Assembly: GCA_005878635.1 (NCBI GenBank)
Contig: VBLS01000111.1
Coordinates: 1 to 60,533, forward strand
Length of the DNA stretch: 60,533 nt
Origin: Methanobacteriota archaeon
GTDB taxonomy: Archaea; Thermoplasmatota; Thermoplasmata; RBG-16-68-12
Reading direction: 5' to 3'
The position numbers and the translations under genes are program-made. The notes beneath the pieces were generated by a model. The model saw nothing but the letters and a program-made list of their open reading frames with translations. It was not told the origin of the DNA and did not search any database. Below, piece by piece: positions 55,652 to 60,533 of the stretch. How positions within the stretch are numbered: position 1 is the first letter of the stretch; every line of letters begins with the position of its first letter.

Positions 55652-57222
55652 CGCTGCGGCGCTCGGGGCCTTCCCCAGCCGCCGCCTCCGGGCGTCTCGA
55701 TGATCAGGAGATCGTCCCGCCCCAGAGGGAGCGTGACCTTGGCCGGGAGCGTCTTCCGCCGGCCCTTTCGGACGAGCAGATTTCGCCCCGGTCGGCCGTC
55801 TTCGCCGCCTTTCAAGCCTCGGGGTCTCAGGGATCGTCGCTCGGAGAGGATCGACGCGGTCCCGTCTCGACCGAGGAACCGGACGGACCGACGCACGCCA
55901 TCGCCTCCCGCGAAACGGCCGGTCCCTCCCGATCCCGGGATGAGGCGATATTCCTCGACCCGAAGGGGCATCGCGAGCTCCAACGCCTCGATGGGCGTGT
56001 TCCGCGTATTCGTCATGTGGGTGTGGATGCCGGACATGCCCCGCCGGAACGGGAGAGCGCCTTCGCCGCCTGCGATGGTCTCGTAGTACGAGAATGGAGG
56101 GGGACCTGCCATGCCGATGGTGAGGTTGTTCATCGTCCCCTGGCTCTGGGCCGGTACGCGGTCCGCCAGGGGCTCCGAGAGTGCGAGGAATAGGACGTCA
56201 ACGATTCGCTGGGAGGTCTCCACGTTTCCTGCGGCCACCGCGGCCGGGCTTCGGGGTCGGACGAGCAGGCCTTCCTCTGCGAGGACGCGGACCGGTCGAT
56301 ACGCGCCGGCGTTGCGCGGCGCGTCGGGATCCGTGACGCATCGGACGACGTAATACGTGGCGCTCAAGGTCACCGCGAACGGAGCGTTCACGTTCCCGCG
56401 GACCTGGCGATCCGTGCCCTGGAAGTCGACGGTCAAGCCCGAGCCGCCAATCGTGACCTCGGCACGGATGCGGATTTTCTGCGAATCGCGGGAGCCCGCG
56501 GACTCCAGGTAATCCTCGGCGGCCCATGTCCCTCGCGGGAGCGTCTGGATGGCGGATCGCATGCGCCGTTCCGCGTGGTCGAGGAGTTCCCCGATGTCGG
56601 ACCGAAGGCGGGTCATGCCCCACTTGTCCGCAAATTCCGCGAGACGCCGCGCGCCGAGTTCATTGGCGGCCACCTGCGCGCGGAGATCGCCGAGTCGTTC
56701 AGTGGGATTGAGGGTCTCCTGCCGGAACCGGTCGAGGACCGAGCGCCGCTCCTCGCCGCGGTCGAGGAACTTCTGCGGCTCCAGGACGATGCCTTCCTCC
56801 TCCAGATGCACGGCGTCCGCGGGCATCGATCCGGGCGCGATCCCGCCGATGTCTGCGTGGTGGGCGCGATTCGCCGTGAAGCCGACCAATTCGGTCCGGA
56901 CGAACACGGGCCGGACAAGCGTCACGTCCGGGAGGTGCGTCCCGCCTCGATAGGGATCGTTCAGGATGACCTGGTCGCCCTCCCGCAACGTGCCGGGGAA
57001 ATCCCGCAGGACCGCGTCCACTGCGGCGGGCATCGAGCCGAGATGGACCGGGATATGTTCGGCCTGCGAGACCATCCGGCCGGCCTCGTCGAACAAGGCG
57101 CAACTCGCGTCCATCCGCTCCTTGATGTTCGGCGAATAGGCGCTTCGTTTCAGCGCAACGCCCATTTCCTCCGGGATGAACGCGAATCCGGTCCGCAGGA
57201 TCTCGAGTTCGGCCGGATTCAT
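55648..57222 (-). CDS. Hydantoinase B/oxoprolinase family protein
   Basis: SPNIKERMDASC, HIPVHLGSM, NDPY.GGTHLPD, HHADIGG, HMTNT.NTP.E. Confidence 0.93.
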   Translation of the reverse strand: MNPAELEILRTGFAFIPEEMGVALKRSAYSPNIKERMDASCALFDEAGRMVSQAEHIPVHLGSMPAAVDAVLRDFPGTLREGDQVILNDPYRGGTHLPDVTLVRPVFVRTELVGFTANRAHHADIGGIAPGSMPADAVHLEEEGIVLEPQKFLDRGEERRSVLDRFRQETLNPTERLGDLRAQVAANELGARRLAEFADKWGMTRLRSDIGELLDHAERRMRSAIQTLPRGTWAAEDYLESAGSRDSQKIRIRAEVTIGGSGLTVDFQGTDRQVRGNVNAPFAVTLSATYYVVRCVTDPDAPRNAGAYRPVRVLAEEGLLVRPRSPAAVAAGNVETSQRIVDVLFLALSEPLADRVPAQSQGTMNNLTIGMAGPPPFSYYETIAGGEGALPFRRGMSGIHTHMTNTRNTPIEALELAMPLRVEEYRLIPGSGGTGRFAGGDGVRRSVRFLGRDGTASILSERRSLRPRGLKGGEDGRPGRNLLVRKGRRKTLPAKVTLPLGRDDLLIIETPGGGGWGRPRAPQR

Positions 57223-59150
57223 CGGGGCACCTCGACCTCGAGAAGGCCCAATCGATCCACGGTGAGGTGCGCGCCGGGAGGAACGACAGTGGTCGCATGG
57301 TCCTCCGCCACGATGGCGGGACCGTCGATCTCGCTCCCGACGCCGAGGCGCGACCGTTCGTGGACGGGGACATCATGCCATCCGTCGTCGAAAAGAACCC
57401 GGCGACTCCGCGGACGCGAACCGCGATGAAGAGGCGCACGCGGCCGGCGGAACGGACGTGGCATGCGGACCACGAGGCGGGCCGCGACGACCTCGATCGC
57501 TTCGCTCCGCGAGGCGTATCCGTACCGAAGCCGATGCGCTCGATGGAAGGCCCGCCTCAAGTCGCCGCGGATCGGAACGTTGATTTCGTAACTCTGCCCC
57601 TTGAATCGTAGGTCGACGCTCGATTCGAATTGAGCCCGACCCACATCGTGCCCTTGCGTCCGCAGCACCGAAATCGCCCGGTCACGGAACTCCTCGATCG
57701 CCGACTCGATGACCGTCTCGGCTCGCTCCAACGGTCGGAGGACGCTTCGCCCATACTCGGCTCGGATCGGAGAAATCAGGATGCCGTAGGCCGAGAACGC
57801 CCCAGGGAGGAAGGGCACGAGGACCGTCCGGACCCCGAGCTGTTGGGCGAGGGCGCATGCGTGCATCGGCCCGGCGCCGCCGAAGGCGAGCAACGCAAAA
57901 TCCCTCGGGTCAAGGCCGCGACGGGCGAGGACCAGCCGCATCGCCTTCGCCATCGAGGCTTCGACAACCCGCTGGACGCCGAGGATCGCTTCGTCCCGGG
58001 AAAGATGCAGGGTCGATGCGAGGGCCTCGATCCCTTTTGTGGAGAGGGACCTGTCGAGGGGAAGCCGACCTCCGAGGAGACTCGGTCCAAGGGACCCGCC
58101 GACGAGGTCGGCATCCGTCACCGTGACCTGGGACCCGCCCGCACCGTAGGCCATGGGCCCCGGGGTCGCGCCGGCGCTCTCGGGTCCGACTCGAAGCGCG
58201 CCTCCCGGGTCAATCCACGCAAGGCTCCCTCCTCCCGCGCCCACGGACTCGATGTCGATGACCGGGATCGCAATCGGGAAGGTGTCGATCACGGCATCGG
58301 TCGTCCAGGTCGGCTCGCCCTTCGGGAGTGCGGAAAAATCTGCGCTGGTCCCTCCCATGTCGAAGGTGACGAAGTTCCTCGAATGGCTCCCTCGAGACAG
58401 GGCCGCGCCGGCGGCGACGCCGCCCGCGGGACCGCTGAGGACCAAGTCAACCGGTCGTCGGGCGACGGCCGAATGGACGGCCACGCCGCCTCCCGATTTC
58501 ATCACGAAGAAGTCCTTTCGAATTGCGGCCCTCAACTCGGTCAGGTAGCGGCCGACGAGCGGTTTCAGGTAGGCGTCCAACACGGTGGTCGAAGCGCGCT
58601 CATACTCTCGAAATTCCGGGAGGACTTCGTGGCTCATCGAGACGGGGAGGTCGCCAAGGGCATCGCGGAGGATCCGCTCGTGGCTCGGTCGCATGAAGGA
58701 GAAGAGCAGGCAAATCGCCACGGATTCCGCCTTTCGGGAACGCACCTCCCTGGCAATTCGGCGGGCCTCCCGCTCCGTCAGAGGGCGCAACGGGCGCCCT
58801 CGCGCGTCGACGCGTTCGTCGGCTCCCAGGCACATCTCCGAATCGACCGGCGGAGACGCCCGTGTGACGTGGAAGTCGTACAAGTTCGGACGGTCCTGGC
58901 GGCCGATGATCAGCAGGTCTTCGAAGCCCGCCGTCGTCACGAATACCGTGCGGGCCCCTTTTCGTTGCAGGATCGCGTTCGTGGCGACCGTCGTCCCGTG
59001 GGCCATGCCGCCGGCCCCGAGCTCCCGCATCCCGTCGACGACCGCGCGGGAGGGATCGGGCGTCGACGGAACCTTGGCCGTCACGACCTCGCGGCCGCGG
59101 AACCCGACGAAGTCCGTGAAGGTCCCGCCGACATCCACGCCCACGTCCAT
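57219..59150 (-). CDS. Hydantoinase A/oxoprolinase family protein
   Basis: GVDVGGTFTD, HGTTVATNA, SGPAGG, DMGGTS, GAGGGS, FGGAGPMH. Confidence 0.93.
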   Translation of the reverse strand: MDVGVDVGGTFTDFVGFRGREVVTAKVPSTPDPSRAVVDGMRELGAGGMAHGTTVATNAILQRKGARTVFVTTAGFEDLLIIGRQDRPNLYDFHVTRASPPVDSEMCLGADERVDARGRPLRPLTEREARRIAREVRSRKAESVAICLLFSFMRPSHERILRDALGDLPVSMSHEVLPEFREYERASTTVLDAYLKPLVGRYLTELRAAIRKDFFVMKSGGGVAVHSAVARRPVDLVLSGPAGGVAAGAALSRGSHSRNFVTFDMGGTSADFSALPKGEPTWTTDAVIDTFPIAIPVIDIESVGAGGGSLAWIDPGGALRVGPESAGATPGPMAYGAGGSQVTVTDADLVGGSLGPSLLGGRLPLDRSLSTKGIEALASTLHLSRDEAILGVQRVVEASMAKAMRLVLARRGLDPRDFALLAFGGAGPMHACALAQQLGVRTVLVPFLPGAFSAYGILISPIRAEYGRSVLRPLERAETVIESAIEEFRDRAISVLRTQGHDVGRAQFESSVDLRFKGQSYEINVPIRGDLRRAFHRAHRLRYGYASRSEAIEVVAARLVVRMPRPFRRPRAPLHRGSRPRSRRVLFDDGWHDVPVHERSRLGVGSEIDGPAIVAEDHATTVVPPGAHLTVDRLGLLEVEVPR

Positions 59151-59233
59151 GGTCGGCCGGATTGTCCGAGACCTCAAGAGACTTCGCGCGGCTAATCCGA
59201 CGACTCGGGAACGGATTGCGGCCAGCGGGGTGG

Positions 59234-60532
59234 TCAGGGCCCGTTGCTGCTCAGGTTGCCGGCGAGGAACTGCGCGTAGCCCTCGAGGTCCAACAGCCCG
59301 TGGCCGCTGTAGTTGAAGGCGATGACCGTCTCCTCGTTCCGCTTCTTCGCCTCGAGCGCCAGGTCGATCGCGCCGCGGATCGCGTGGCAGGTCTCCGGCG
59401 CCGCGATGAGTCCTTCCGTCTTGGCGAAGATCTCGCCGGCCTGGAAGGTGCTCACCTGGTCGACCGCGCGCGGCTCGACGAGCCCTGCGTCCAGGAGGAC
59501 GCTCAGGGTCGCCGCGGTCCCGTGGTACCGCAGGCCGCCCGCGTGGATGCGCGGCGGTACGAAGGTGTGGCCGAGGGTGTGCATCTTCACGAGCGGCGTC
59601 ATCTCGCCGGTGTCGCCGAAGTCGTATTCGTATCGGCCCTGGGTCATCGAGGGGACCGATGTCGGCTCGACCGCGATGAACCGCGTCTCCGAACGCCCGT
59701 GGATCCGCTCTCCGATGGTCGGGTAGGTGAAGCCCGCGAAGTTGGAGCCTCCCCCGACGGAGCCGACCATGTAGTCCGGCGTGATGTCCGCGATCTCGAA
59801 CTGCTTCTGCGCCTCGAGGCCGATGACCGTCTGATGCATCAGCACGTGGTTCAGGACGGATCCGAGGGAATACCGCGTGTTCGGGCTCGTCACCGCCGTC
59901 TCGATCGCCTCCGAGATCGCGACGCCGAGGGATCCGGGATGGTTCGGGTCCTGTGCGAGGATCTTCTTCCCCACGTTCGTCCGGTCGCTCGGGCTCGGGA
60001 TGACTTCCGCGCCGAAGAGCCGCATCATGTACTTCCGGTAGGGCTTCTGGTCGTACGAGACACGGACCATGAACACCTTGGACCGGAGGCCGAAATAGTT
60101 CGTCGCGAGGGCGAGCGCCGATCCCCATTGGCCGGCCCCCGTCTCCGTCGCGAGGGCCTCGACCCCTTCCTTCGCGGCGAAGTACGCCTGCGCGATCGCG
60201 GTGTTCGGCTTGTGGGATCCGACCGGGGAGAGATCCTCCCGCTTGTAGTAGATCCGCGCCGGCGTTTTGAGGAACGCCTCCAGGCGGGAGGCCCGGTACA
60301 GCGGCGTCGGTCGGCCGAATCGGAGGTAGGCCTCGCGCAGTTCTTCGGGGATCGGCTCCGAGCGGTTCGGGCTCATCTCCTGGCGGATGAGCTCCTTCGG
60401 GAACAGCGGCTCGAAGGCCTGCGGCGGGACCGGCTCCTTCGTCCCGGGGTGGAGGTAGGGAGGGAAGGGAGCGGGCAAATCCGGCAGGATGTTGTACCAC
60501 GCCCGCGGGAGGTCGTCCTCATCGAGGAGGAT
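59234..60532 (-). CDS. trpB2: TrpB2, stand-alone tryptophan synthase beta-like enzyme (5' end outside window)
   Basis: [43 protein letters not shown]; frame open to the window edge. Confidence 0.93.
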   Translation of the reverse strand: MLLDEDDLPRAWYNILPDLPAPFPPYLHPGTKEPVPPQAFEPLFPKELIRQEMSPNRSEPIPEELREAYLRFGRPTPLYRASRLEAFLKTPARIYYKREDLSPVGSHKPNTAIAQAYFAAKEGVEALATETGAGQWGSALALATNYFGLRSKVFMVRVSYDQKPYRKYMMRLFGAEVIPSPSDRTNVGKKILAQDPNHPGSLGVAISEAIETAVTSPNTRYSLGSVLNHVLMHQTVIGLEAQKQFEIADITPDYMVGSVGGGSNFAGFTYPTIGERIHGRSETRFIAVEPTSVPSMTQGRYEYDFGDTGEMTPLVKMHTLGHTFVPPRIHAGGLRYHGTAATLSVLLDAGLVEPRAVDQVSTFQAGEIFAKTEGLIAAPETCHAIRGAIDLALEAKKRNEETVIAFNYSGHGLLDLEGYAQFLAGNLSSNGP

Positions 60533-60533
60533 T

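Noticed and set aside
57219..60500. Apparent 1093-aa hydantoinase A
   Set aside because: The upstream part is an off-frame overlap with trpB2; the real start is MDVGVDVGG at 59150.

Overview
High-GC archaeal chromosomal segment, most likely from an uncultured Thermoplasmatota lineage (inferred from gene content: DUF835, LonB, class II HMG-CoA reductase, TrpB2). It is mostly core genome: purS, RNase J-like hydrolase, trmI, a Liv-type ABC transporter, hmgA, rfcL, taw1, NOG1 GTPase, pdxS, aconitase X, ileS, tRNA-His, argF, a NitT/TauT ABC transporter, the rpl3-to-secY ribosomal superoperon, lonB, nadM, a hydantoinase/oxoprolinase pair and a partial trpB2. No CRISPR array, cas genes or transposases were seen. 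Highlights: (1) three tandem Rab-like small GTPase genes, each preceded by the same palindrome TTATC-N6-GA(T/G)AA just upstream of a TATA-like box; (2) an apparently domesticated serine-recombinase module (short catalytic recombinase, a partner with a degenerate HNH zinc finger plus recombinase DNA-binding domain, and a 50-aa RHH protein) bracketed by conspicuously AT-rich DNA, between hmgA and rfcL; (3) IleRS fused to HhH, six CxxC zinc knuckles and DUF835; (4) a pair of Csa3-like CARF-wHTH regulators upstream of purS with no CRISPR in view; (5) an aconitase X small subunit fused to a Nudix hydrolase; (6) eL32 with a SAP-like N-terminal domain. All family calls come from motif recognition by eye, with no database searches.
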